DNA of 61,364 bases, filler included, from Sphacelaria rigidula (taxonomy: Eukaryota): the NCBI GenBank assembly GCA_964200075.2. It is 5 parts of 5 records of this genome, joined end to end, with 100 filler letters (N's around TTAATTAATTAA, not from the genome) between each part and the next. Parts side by side here need not be neighbours in the genome. Positions count along the whole stretch, not along the records: positions 49,174 to 61,364 come from CAXNAA020004024.1; 4 more parts are not named here. One strand, written 5' to 3'. The position numbers were made by a program, and so were the translations under genes. The notes beneath the pieces are model-generated. The model was not told the DNA's origin, ran no database searches, and was given only the letters and a program-made list of their open reading frames with translations. Shown in pieces: positions 49,720-61,364 of this stretch; positions within the stretch are counted from its first letter, which is position 1; each line of letters begins with the position of its first letter.

Positions 49720-52090
49720 GGCAAAAAGAGGAATTATTGCGAACAGCCTCATCTGTGCAAGTTCCGCACACTACACCATAATCAGCGGATGGGATCCCCA
49801 GCTTATATATCAGTTGTGCTGAAAGATAGACTCCTTAACAGCTTATGCTGAATACGAATCTCAAACACTGCTTACGAGTGTATGTCCACACGGCTGAGCT
49901 TAAATACAATGCTTCGGCTTCAGGCGTGGATGCTGGAACGAAGGTGTATACCTCGCAATGTATGCACATAGTTCATCAAAACCCCGTGGTCCAATGTCTA
50001 CAAAGACAAAGCAAATGATGTTTAGAAAAAATCACCCAATCAATCATGCTTTTGTTCATGGAGGTTTTTGCTTGGTATTTATTAAAATCACCGATATGAT
50101 CGTCACGCCAACACAATCGGGTGGTTCAATGTGTACCACGTCGTATCCCCGAGTACAATAGTGTAGACCAATACCTACCACTGCCATCTCCCGACCGTTT
50201 TTTCCTGTCAGGATCATACCCATGCTGTATGGTGGAGTATATTGTATGTGTGTTATAAATACTATACAGCATATTAACAACAATTAACAGGACTCAGGGT
50301 GACGAAACCCTGTGAGCGTACTGTACGGCGCGAAAAGAACCCTACAGCCAAATCCCCGCGAGAAACGCTGCACAGTTCTCCTGAAACCCTGTGAAGCGTA
50401 CTGTGTGGCGCAAAAAAACACCCTACAGCCAAATCCTCGGGAGAAACACTGCACAGTTCCCCTGAACCCTGTAGACGTGCCCCACAGGGTGCTATCTGTC
50501 CACGTGTGTGGGTGTGAAGCCAACATTGCGTATCAACCGCAGCGTGACGCGTTCGGTGGTACTACCTGCTCACTGCACAGCGGCAGGGTGCACGCTGACA
50601 AAGCACACCGCAGGACGTGACATCCTTAGCCTCTCCCTGTCTTGCATTGATTTCACGTTGTCCTATGCAGTTCGCCACATCATCAATGCAGCCGCTTGTA
50701 TCACGGTCAACGTCTACGCAGGATAACACGCCTCCCTACGCGCTACATTACTACGTCACATTTTGTAAAGTTCCCCGTGTTGCAGCTACAGCGTGCGTTT
50801 GCCCCAGGTGGCGCAAGCAGGAGTGAAAGGCCGCCTGCGCCGCTGTAACGGCTGCCTGCATTTTATTGGGCGCAGCTGTATGGTAACACAGCCGTGGCTG
50901 ATGTGCCCACCTGTACCGAAAGGTGGAGACCGGCGTACAGAATAGATGGGACGACAAAACACACACCAATCTGATTTTGCGCAGTACACTGTCAAAAACG
51001 TGTTCGTAATGACTGTAGAAATCTTTTGTCCACGTTTGGGCACATTTTCATATATAATGCAGCGTCTGGTACATCTCGACTTATAATGTAACGGAGGGTC
51101 TGGTACGTTTCCACCTGTACATGTATGTGATGTTACTCGGTGATATCGAGAAAAATCCGTAACATCTGGGCGAACTGCAGGTCAGGCAATCGCCCCAACA
51201 TTCACCTGCAAACTCTGCTCCAGTGCATGTAAGTTGATATCGCTAGAAAGACACCACCATAACCACCTTGCCGGCTGCCAGCACACGTGGACAAGTAGCA
51301 CCCTGTGGGGCACATCTACAGGGTTCAGGGAGACAGTGCAGTGTTTCTCGCGGGGATCTGGCTGTAGGTTCTTCTTTTTGCGCCCCACAGGACGCTTCAC
51401 AGGGTTTAGGGAAACTGTGCAGGATTCTTCGCGGGGATTTGACTGTAGGGTACTATTTTGTGCCACACAGGGCGCTGCACAGGGTTTCGTCACTCCGTGT
51501 AGAACTCATCGCTGTTTATATGATGTGCAGCCTTTATAGCACGCATACAATATACTCCATGCAGCATGGGCATGGTACTGGTGGTAAAAAACGGTCGACG
51601 AGTGGCAGGGGTGAGAATTGACCTCACGATTTTGTGCTCGGGAGTGCGTCAGGTTGTACATTGAGCTACTGGATGCCACGAAATTATTTTGTGCTTCTGA
51701 TAAATTTCAAGCAAAAACCTCTCTAAACAAAAGCATACTCGGTTGAGTGCTTTTGGTAGACTGCGGACCACGGGGTTTTCAAAAGCAATGTGCCGTGATA
51801 TGCGAGGTACATACCATCAACTCAGCATCCACGTCTTGAGCAGAAGCGTCGTATCTAAACTCGTAGGCGTGTGGACATACACTCGATCGTAATCAGTGTG
51901 TCGGATCTCCATTCAGGAAACGTTGTTGAGAATTATTCATCCTTTAGCCCATGTGCATGGACCGGGGAGCAAAAGGATGAATTATTTTCAACATTTTTTT
52001 CTGCTTGTCGGATCCCATATGCTGATAATGGTGCAGTATGCGGAATTTGCCCAGCAGCTGACGCTGCGAGCAATAATCTCTTTTCCCCCA
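49720..52090. mobile_element. ~2.4-kb diverged foldback/TIR element with ~800-bp arms
   Basis: 49720-50510 is the reverse complement (diverged) of 51280-52090, e.g. GTGCCCCACAGGGTGCTA / TAGCACCCTGTGGGGCAC and CGAGTGTATGTCCACACG / CGTGTGGACATACACTCG. Confidence 0.75.
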
Positions 52091-55000
52091 ATCTCCGGAT
52101 GAATTGGATGGTAAAGTGAAGATTTCTTTCAAGCTTCTTCTGCTGTTCAAATTCCAAATCTGCAAGTGTGCATGGGATTTGTGCAGCAGAAGAAGCTGTC
52201 CGAAATAGATCCTTTTTTCGCTTATTATAAAAATGGGCGAAAAAAAAATCAATTTTGAACAGCTTCTTCTGCTGTTCGAAATAAATGCTCTTTTTTTGAC
52301 GAAATAAATTGGTCGAGAAGAGGATCTGTTTTGAATAGCTTGTCCTGCCGTCCAAAGTAAATTCTTTTTTGCCCGATTCAAATCGAGTGAAGAGGAATTT
52401 ACCTCGGACAGGAGGACAAGCTATTATCAATATATAAATTTACAGATTTTGTACCAAAATATTTGGAATTTTCCAAAACAAAAGTCAGGGTTTTTTACCA
52501 AAACACTACCACATGACTGTGCAGGGCTTTGCCGACCAGCCTACACAGGGCTGTAAACCCAACCCTGGGGAAAACCTTATCAACACGCTACGAGGGGTAC
52601 AGATTTGGATTTTCACTGTCAGGGTTTTTTCACAAAGAGTGTGGAGGACCCTGTATGGACCCTGCACAGTGCGCCCCACAGGGTGCTATCTGTCCACGGG
52701 TGAGACTGTCACAGACTGTGAGGACGTAGAGTCCGCTAGCATTGCTACTGTCTGTACGGGGGTGTTGACCACTTGTCAGGTACGTTGTGGAGCATGATAC
52801 TAGATGAAGATCATCCTTCCTTGTACATGGATCAAATGCTGAGGGTTCTCACTCAAGATTCCGATTTGGAGAATGATACTGGGTAGGCAGCGGCAACTGC
52901 TGTGTGTCCAGGTGTCCCTTGGAGCAGGATGTGTTTGATGTCTGTTTGACGAAGTTATTATCAGAAAACCATCATCAATAGGGGTTCTAGGGTGCAAAAA
53001 TCTAGCAAAACAAATATCGCAAGAATCGGGTCGCAGAAATCAGGTCGCAGAAATCCCGCCCCAAAAACGGAGTCGCAAAAAACCGGTCAGTCGAATTTTC
53101 ACCCGCAGCAGAACATTTCCCGCAGCAGAACAACCAACTTCACTTTGTGAAATTGGAATATTCATGTGGGCTCTCTGCATGTCCATGTAACTATCTTGCC
53201 CTTTTCCTGGAAAAAAACCCGCGTTGAGATGTCGCCCGATACATTTCCGTCCGTGCTCCACTTCTCTTTACCTCGCCTAACCTCGAGCAAAGAAGCCGCC
53301 CCCAAATTCGCGTGGCCAACTGTCCACTGTCGATGTATGGTCGAACATCCATGTTCTGGTCACGTGCTGCAGCACTCCTTCATGTAATTCATCACTGCAT
53401 GCCACTGCCTTCGACATTGGATGTTGCAGGAACAGCGACAGCTATCGAGAAAGGAAAGCCTCCCAGCGTGAGCAAACGCTTCTCGCCTACCTAGACTGGC
53501 ATGCTGACGTTTATGGCCAGTACATCTTGCGCACGTGTAGGTGAGAAGGTCGTCTCCTGGTGACCAATGCCACGGTAGGGATTGCACTTCTTCAGCGAAT
53601 ACGTTTCTCGGGGTTGCTCGGGGTGTTGAACGGATCATTTTGAGAATCGGCATCATTCTCGATTGAAAACACTGAAGATGATACCGATTCACGAAAAGGC
53701 CCCTGCGTGCACAGACCACTGTTGGGGAGTCCGGCCCCGGAGATTTGAGCTACACAGTATGTCTAATATATTTGGGCTCTCACAAAAAGAGACCCAAGAA
53801 CACAAAGTGCAACCCCTACCGCAGCATTGCTCTGGTCTTGAAATGAGAGTCAGGTGCTTCTCCGAGCCTTCCGACCACATCGTTTTCGATCGAAAAGGCC
53901 TCGCTTTGTGGTATTTTCCCTCTTCTCCGCGAGCCACTTACTACTATAAAAAATGGCTGAAGCGAACTAGGGCCAGGAATGCGCTGTACCTATTAGATCG
54001 GGAATGCTCTTTTCCACCGCACTGGTTCGATCGGAAAGCGATGTGCTGAGACACGCCCGCAGAGCAGCAAAATAAGCGTCGATAGGTTGATTTTTCATGG
54101 TGAATCGGTTCACTACATACCCGCACGCCGACTGTTGATTTTTGGGGCTGTAAACTTGACCAGTATATATTTTCGATTAAACTCGGACTGGAGTTGAACT
54201 GGAAGTGGTGATGAAGACACCACTCTATCCGGTTTATTCGAGGTTGACCGTTACCGATTATTTTATCAAGTTTAGTATAGTGAGTTTATAACGATGATGA
54301 TGACACCATTGTTTATTATTTGACTGCGCTGTTGACAATGTTTTTGTGAGATTGAGCGTTGAAGATCCAATTGAGAGCGACCAGTTCATTCGAACGACGC
54401 TAACGGGGACCTTTCAAATTGTTCGACGACACTTTGGACTGTAGTATAACTAAGGTATCTCAAACTCGGCTCCTGATATCCTGTTTTCTATTTTTTTATT
54501 TACGGTGAGGACGAATCATCACGACTACGAATCACCGAATCTGTGATGGTAAATGACCGAGTGCGTGAATTAAACTAGTTATTTGAGATTTGCTGATGGT
54601 CCCAAGAAACGACCGGCGGGTATGAAAAGATTCTAGTCGGATGTGTGCTCGTGTACGAGAGAAAGTAGATTGTTGATATCTTGATCCAGTTCCCAAGTCA
54701 GATAAGATCTGTACCCGATTAGCCGCGTGTACCCGTTGCTACTACAGCTTTGATTGGCTACAGCATGGCGCGTCATGCTGATTTTGTATTCTGACAAGGT
54801 TGTAAGCGAGGAAGGAGGACGTGTTGGGAAAACAGCGAACCAAACTGCTGCTACCCACCTTCTTCACTCGACCCACCGACCAGTCTGCAGGCATCAATTG
54901 GATATAAGAAGAGTTATTTTATCCATCACCTACCACCATCGGTCTCTCCTGTCTTCAGTATCGTGAGCCCACAGCCTTGACGTGAGTCTTTAGCTATGCT

Positions 55001-56167
55001 GTACTATCCCCCTTATCCACGATTCTTATTCGTATTCAGGCCTTGGGCTGGTGATTCTTCCCATACAGCTGGTTGATTGAAAGAAAAAGAACCCTCAGTT
55101 TGATATTACGAGCCAATCGCAGGATCAGCTGGTCACATTCTCATCTATCTTGGGGTGTGACTTGCTTGTTAGTGCTTACCGTTACACTCATGGGGCTTCA
55201 AAGGTAGCTTGTTTCACTCAAGCTGTACGGGTTCATCCCTCGTTCGATCGCCGTTACAGCAGTCTGCATATTTTCGTACTTGCCGCTTGACTTGAATATT
55301 GACGGAACAAACCTTGTGCGTGTGGTTTTGTTTCTTCAAGACAGCTATCCACGTTCTACTTACAGTTTTACCCGATCTGCCCACAGGCCACAGATGTCTC
55401 GCAATATACCCAGTTCCGTCTCAGATATTGATGAGCGCACGCTCAGGCGCTTGAGGCGCGCCCGCGTCCGCGAGCTCTCCCTCGCCATACAACAACCCCC
55501 TTCCCCCTCCACAGGCTAAATTGACGGGGCACGTCAATACCCCGGGATGGATGCACTCTCTTTCGTATCTTCGTACACGGTTCGAAGAAATAACAATATC
55601 GCCAACCACATACAACCTGTACACCCGTCCCACAATTCCTCCCCACACGTGCCCCTGGTATCTATCCCGCTCGAGTTTGTTTTTCAGCCCGCTTCTTCTA
55701 GACACAACGCTTCATTCTCCCCTTCGCTCCAGCAACCCTCCGCATTCGTTTTCGGCTCGGGAAACACCGAGTCGACCGATGTGTGTCCCACTACCGGCCT
55801 CTGTTGGCAGACAGAGCGTGCGCGGACTATTTCAAACTCAACCCGCTGTACAGACAATCATTTATTTTTTTCCAACACGGAACATTCTAGCCAACTGTCC
55901 GATACTTTTATCGATGTTTCATCGATGGAGGGAATTTGTCAGTATAAACAAAGTTTGTCTCTACACACGTCCGACTGTACCAACACCGCAGCAGGGAGCT
56001 CACGCCCGCGGCGGAGCTTGAATATCCCTCCGATACCGACGAACCCACAACCTAGCCATCAACTTCGAACAATATTCCCGTATTCATGTCCAACGCCCCG
56101 ATCCTTGATCGATCGTCCGTTTTATTTCGACGTTGTCTATACCACGTACCTCTCCAGGCACGATTGC

Positions 56168-59100
56168 CATGTCCGATATCGCACGCACGCCGGGTTCACC
56201 TGCCCAAGATTCATTTACGGACGGTGACACCCCGGGGGAGAACCAAAACACCAGGTCTGGTAGCATGGACGGCAACGATCAGGAGTTAGGAGTAGATGAA
56301 TTCGTAGACGGTCGTACCTCCATCGAGGCAACTGACATGGATATGGGAATTGCTCCCCCTCTGGCTTCCGCGGATGTGACCACTGACAACAGTGCCACAC
56401 CCCATCTGTCCACCACTTTAGACGTTGACCACTCGTCGGCATCATACTCAACGCTACCTCCTGTAGGTCTAAACCCTGAACCGGACATTGCTCCACCTAG
56501 GACAGCCGATATTGTCGCAGACACAAGCAGCCCCACTACGCGCCCCCCCAAAGAAGTGAGGAACAAAACCAAGAATCAGTTTCAATACTCTCGGCCTGAA
56601 ACCATCCTACCTCATTTGTGGGAACAGTTGACGCCTTCCGAGCACGCAGAATACTGGGATTCGTTGTTTCTACAGGCCGATAAGGCCAAAACAGAGCGCG
56701 ACAGGCGTCAGGAGTTTGAGTGTAGTCAACTCCTGATACGTACCCAACGTGATGTTGAAAACCAACGACAGGCTCTGGCTCTGCAACAGAGCAAACAGGA
56801 TCGAGTGCTGCGCCAATCGGCAAAAGCTGTTCGGACTGCACAGTTACAGTTGGAACAAGCCCAGCGTACGCACAGTTTGCAATCTGAGCAAGCGACAGCC
56901 CGCCTCTCACAGTCCGGTTTGAACGAACAACTAAGACGCCTCCATCTACTGCATGTCGACCCCCCCTCAACCATAGATGAACCGAAAACTTCATCCAAGG
57001 TCACTCATATCACCAACCCAGTCTTCAAGACTGAATCACGTGCAGACTCCCCTCTCAACACGGGACTTCCCCGCCCCCCACAGCAGCTTCAGGTCACCAC
57101 GGTCCCAAAACATAGCCGTCCGGTATCAACATCTCAGCCTGCAAGCGCCCGTCAACAACCTCCCCCCCCCCTCCCCCACCCCCCCCATGCACCAACATCG
57201 TCCCACACGCTAACGCATCGTACACGATGGCGGCAACGGGCGCGTCTCATGTAAGACCATCCCCTGCACTACTTCGGTTGCAGGACCCAGGTCTGTCTAC
57301 ACTAGATTTGTCCGGTATCGCAACCTTGTCGACTATCCCTCTCGCATACTTTGTCGATGAAGCAGCTAACTTGGTGCGTTACACATTTCAGACGCATCAC
57401 CTCGCAGACCCAATCTGTGAGAAGGCCAATAGCCTGCTTGCCTGGTTCGCCAACAACCGCGAGACTGTCACACTTGCGGGGGTGGTCAGATGTGTGCAAT
57501 CTCAACCCCACCCCAACCACACCACCACACAGATCCAAAATGAGTATGTCGAGCCCCTCATTACCATGTTCCGTGACGTCGAGGAAATTCGCAAAACGAT
57601 CTTTTCTCAACCACCCCAGAACAACTTGGACCACGCAAGCGGCATATGGGATCAGAATTTTAGGGATGATGGGCAACGAATTGCAAAACATCCTCTGCGC
57701 GTTTACGCAGAATGGCAGACTGCGGGTAAAAAGACAGGTACAGGTAGCGGCGGTAGCGTTCAAACCAAACATACGTTGACCCGGAAACAATCCGCGCGCT
57801 TCAAATCCCACGCGTCGAGTACCGACGACAGTGACACGGACAGCCACGGTTCATCCCGCTACAATGACCAGATCCGCTCTTACCGACCTTCTGCACATAC
57901 ACTCTCCGATATTCTACCTCTCTCTTCCACCATTGCCAAGCAGCGTCACTCCCTCTTGAAAGAGAAAGAGGAAGGTAAGCCAGCCAAAACCGAGAAAAAG
58001 GAGGTTTTGGTGGAAGTAAAGAAGGAAGGAGCGTGACCTATCCAACACGGAGACACATGCACAGACTCAATCTGCACCACTCCACACAACCCGCAGCGAC
58101 GCCCCCAGCATCCGATGAGCTTATTTGGAACGCAACATCAAGAGCGTAGGTAAGGTCAAACCCTGATTGCCTTTCATTGCAGGATCCAACGCAAGTGTAA
58201 ACTGTAGTCAGTTGAGGTCATTGCTCAAGAATGTAATGAGCGATATTCTCGCCATTAGCGACCCAAATTTCGTCAGTCTCGAAAGCAGCGAGTGGGTCCG
58301 TGGGTGGAGCCGCCCGTTGCATCGGGCACTAGGGGCACTAGAGCAGGCGATTGACCTCAACTCCTTGCAATCCTCCAAAATTATTGCCATGTGCGACGCT
58401 CATTTCGACCAAGTGTCCCGGGCCCTCAACAAGGGCGCCAGTGGGAACGCGGCGTTCACACTTTTGTTACGGTTGCTTAGCTCGTCGCTTGACACCAGCT
58501 ACGAAGGGGAATCTATTGAGAGATTACTCACCTTCAAGGTTCCCGTGAACACTCCGTTCGATCAATACTTTCGGTCACCGTGGATGGCGGGCGTGAACTA
58601 GCCCCGACCAACGAGATGGTAATATCTCTCTTTCGTTCCAGTATGGGCCGACAGTACCCCAGCCTAGTGCCGGGTGTTTTTGTGGGTGATGCAGCTACTG
58701 CAGCAGTACCATTTGCAAACCTCCACGAAATGTGAAGTCGACTCGAAGGGTTGCGTACGAATCGGACACAGGCTGTCGAGTCGATAGGAGTAAGACAGGA
58801 CGGCACCACTTTGGCACTTAGCCAACACGGTACGTAGGTCATTAGTCAGGAACCTCTCCCCACTCCAGTTGCCCCTGCGTCACGAACTCAATCCAGCAGG
58901 AAATCGCATCAACCGGCGTGGATACCCGACTCAATGACTTCTGCAGGGGAAGTCATGATGACGGCCCAGCTTCAGGTACCAGATGCATTTGCTAGTCGAT
59001 TTCCAAGCTGGCCCTTCGCCAACGAAATTTGGCCGGAAGTGTTCAATGTGAGCACTTCCATGAATAACCACGATCCCTCCCTCTGGGCCCGCGACGTTGA

Positions 59101-59431
59101 ACCCAACATCCGTAACGAGCGTATCCATGAGTGTAAGGACAAATGCCTCAATTGCGGAATATGGTTCGATGGACAAACTGGGTACTCCGCCGACGGCAGA
59201 GTTCCCATCCACTCCATGCGCACCTGCGAGGCACCGTTTGTAAACGCATTCGGCGTCTTGAATAACATATTCCACGATCCGCAATATGCATCGTGTGGGC
59301 CAACTTGGCAAGCACGTATGCGTTTTTACCGCCACCCTCAATCCGGCGACACGCGTGGCCAAAACAACCCCCCTAGAAGGGGTAGTCGCTTTTATGGTAA
59401 CGACTCCCGCTACCAAAACCCGCTGTACTAA
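56168..59431 (+). pseudogene. Degenerate gag-like ORF of a retroelement (DIRS/Ngaro- or Gypsy-like; class not determinable here)
   Basis: An intronless chain of same-strand ORFs broken by frameshifts and stops: a coiled-coil region, a helical region (LLTFKVPVNTPFDQYFR...QYPSLVPGVF), and a terminal CCHC-type knuckle CLNC-x18-H-x4-C. No RT was seen before the contig end. Confidence 0.55.
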
Positions 59432-61305
59432 ACAGCGCACTACCAGACGCGGCCCGCTGACTCGGCGCCACGTCTAACATAGTCTGATCCAGCAAACTCT
59501 CAACCGCAGAACCAGGTACAATCACAAGACGGAAGACGACCACTGATAATTGCACCTAGTCCTACGGGTCCCCCACGCTAGAAAGACGCCCAACAACCCA
59601 CCCCTGATGCTCACCGCACAACTTGACCGTTTTCTGGGAACGTTCACTAAGCCCCCACGTTTCCGAGCAGCAGTCAGTGGGGTAACACAGGACGTGTGGC
59701 TGATCCGAAAACCTGGGCGTCACCACCTGCCCGTTCATTTTATACTTCTGACGACCGTTTGCTCGCCAATCGTTGGCACAACCCCACAATTAGGAATCAA
59801 CGTTCGCCGGTAAATCACCGCAGAAGTACCCAACAATTTTCTTTCGCTCGGCCAGGTCACAAACATCACACACGTGAATCAACGGCGGCCACCGCGGGTT
59901 CAACCATGTGGTGTGGGTTCCCTGGATATGCTGACACTGCCTTGAAGGGTTCCAAGACAGTCGAAGCCCGTGCATCGTTGCATGGCTATCAATTGAGCAG
60001 TGACCAAACCCAACGTTTTAATCCTAGATTTGATTACCCAGTTTTACATTCATCAGGTACTAATCATATTCAGTCGAATCCCCTCCCTTCGAAGGAGAGG
60101 AAGTCATGTAGTGCAGTTTCTCACGCATCAAGAGCCGAAATATCTTCTGGTATGATAGACACTGCTGCTCCGACCGTTCATCGAGGAACACAAAACTCAA
60201 AGCCACACACTCAAGCACCCCCCAACTGCTCAAGTGCCCGGCTAACCCCCCTACCGAGTTCCGCAAAAACTACGGTACCCAGTTCCCTTTACTTGATGAG
60301 CGTAATTATTCCTTGAGGGGTCGCAACCGCAAAGAACCCATGCTTCCGTCGCTCAGCGGGTTGGAATGGAACCCCAAGTGACATCGACTCAGGTGGTGCG
60401 CCAAGAGCGTGACCTAGGTTCGGCTGTCCGAGAACTCATTTCAACAGCTTCTGGAGACGCCGACCCTTTCGTGCGCTACACGCGTCACCCTTGGCGGGCT
60501 TCTCCAGATGATCATGTACATAACCCTGATGTAGCAAGCTCACGTGAACTCCAAGGAAGAGATTGCGTGTGGGCTCCAACAGATGACAACTTTCGAGTGG
60601 AACAGGCCGGTACTCCCCAGATTTCGAACAGATCGTTACTGCTCCCTGACCACCCCGTGTGCACTACGTTAGAACACATTTCCGATGAAGCGTTGCCGCC
60701 TGTAAGGACAGAGACTTCGCCGACTCATGGACGTTCGCATCCTAGTCATGAAGTAACCTAAATCGTGTGTTCGCCACCAGGCGAACAGAGTGTTACGCAA
60801 GACGACTCGTCTCCTAACTCGCCCACGTTCGCCCCTTTAATAGACGCCGGGTTGAACAGTACAGCTTTACCAACCCAGCGTCCTGACGAATCGTCTCCGA
60901 AAGCTCCCATGCTGGCCCTAACCAGTGATGGTATTGAGTTGATTGGCGTATCAACCTCAACACCGCGCCCCGATGAATCGTTCCCTGTTCCGACCAAGCT
61001 GGATAATGTAATTGATTCCGCTTTGCACAATGACGATTCGCCCCCTCTGTTGGCCAATAAGGGTGAAAAAACACGCACAGATTAGTTCTCGGGTCCAACA
61101 ACTACCCTTCCCCGGCATCGCCCCTCCATTGCAGCATATGAGATTCAACCCTCGATTGATGAGACAAATATTTCAGGCGCAAACACTGACACTCCATGCA
61201 CGCACCATCCTTCCGACCAAAAGCTTGTCCCACAGGATCATAACGGGTGTATTTTAGCACCTTCGTTCAAAACGCAAAGCAGGATGTGTGAGTCATCCTA
61301 CGATA

Positions 61306-61355
61306 GGGGGGGGGCGTACTCATTTGTTGCTTGCCTTAGTCGTTTGACCATTGAC
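61306..61355 (-). mobile_element. Oligo(C)-tailed retroposon, 5'-truncated copy 6
   Basis: Lacks the 5' ~25 nt; ATCCTACG is repeated at 61295 and 61357. Confidence 0.75.
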
Positions 61356-61364
61356 TATCCTACG

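Noticed and set aside
53280-54130. Cys/His-rich minus-strand frames as a transposase or zinc-finger relic
   Set aside because: Multiple stops and no motif I can assign to a family.
54801-55258. TGTAAG...TTACA segment as the 5' LTR of the gag-like element
   Set aside because: Two alternative ends are possible, there is no convincing primer-binding site and no second LTR in the window, so it cannot be supported.

Overview
Intron-rich, transposon-dense eukaryotic nuclear DNA. GT-AG introns of 0.3-3.5 kb, short exons, TTAGGG-type repeats and the repeat families point to a stramenopile, most likely a brown alga (inference). The window is not one locus. It is five contigs of 12194, 12194, 12194, 12191 and 12191 bp joined by 100-nt N/TTAATTAATTAA spacers, apparently sorted by length, so adjacency across gaps means nothing. 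Five genes were reconstructed by hand with phase-consistent splice sites, all on the + strand: (1) the 3' eight exons of a plant-type 7TM-RGS protein; (2) two exons of pICln/CLNS1A; (3) the 3' six exons of a trans-prenyl (solanesyl/decaprenyl-type) diphosphate synthase; (4) a complete 4-exon, 660-aa gene fusing an N-terminal transmembrane helix, a degenerate HET-like domain and a TrmO/TsaA SAM-dependent tRNA methyltransferase domain; (5) two 5' exons of an unidentified membrane protein. The rest is mobile DNA: Copia and RTE-LINE relics, a degenerate gag-like element, a solo LTR, tRNA-derived SINEs, and nested MITE/MULE/foldback elements. The two most unusual items are the TM-HET-TrmO fusion and a ~70-nt structured, oligo(C)-tailed retroposon that inserts into G-runs with target-site duplications. 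Most ORFs in the supplied track are spurious. No database searches could be run, so family assignments rest on motif recognition.
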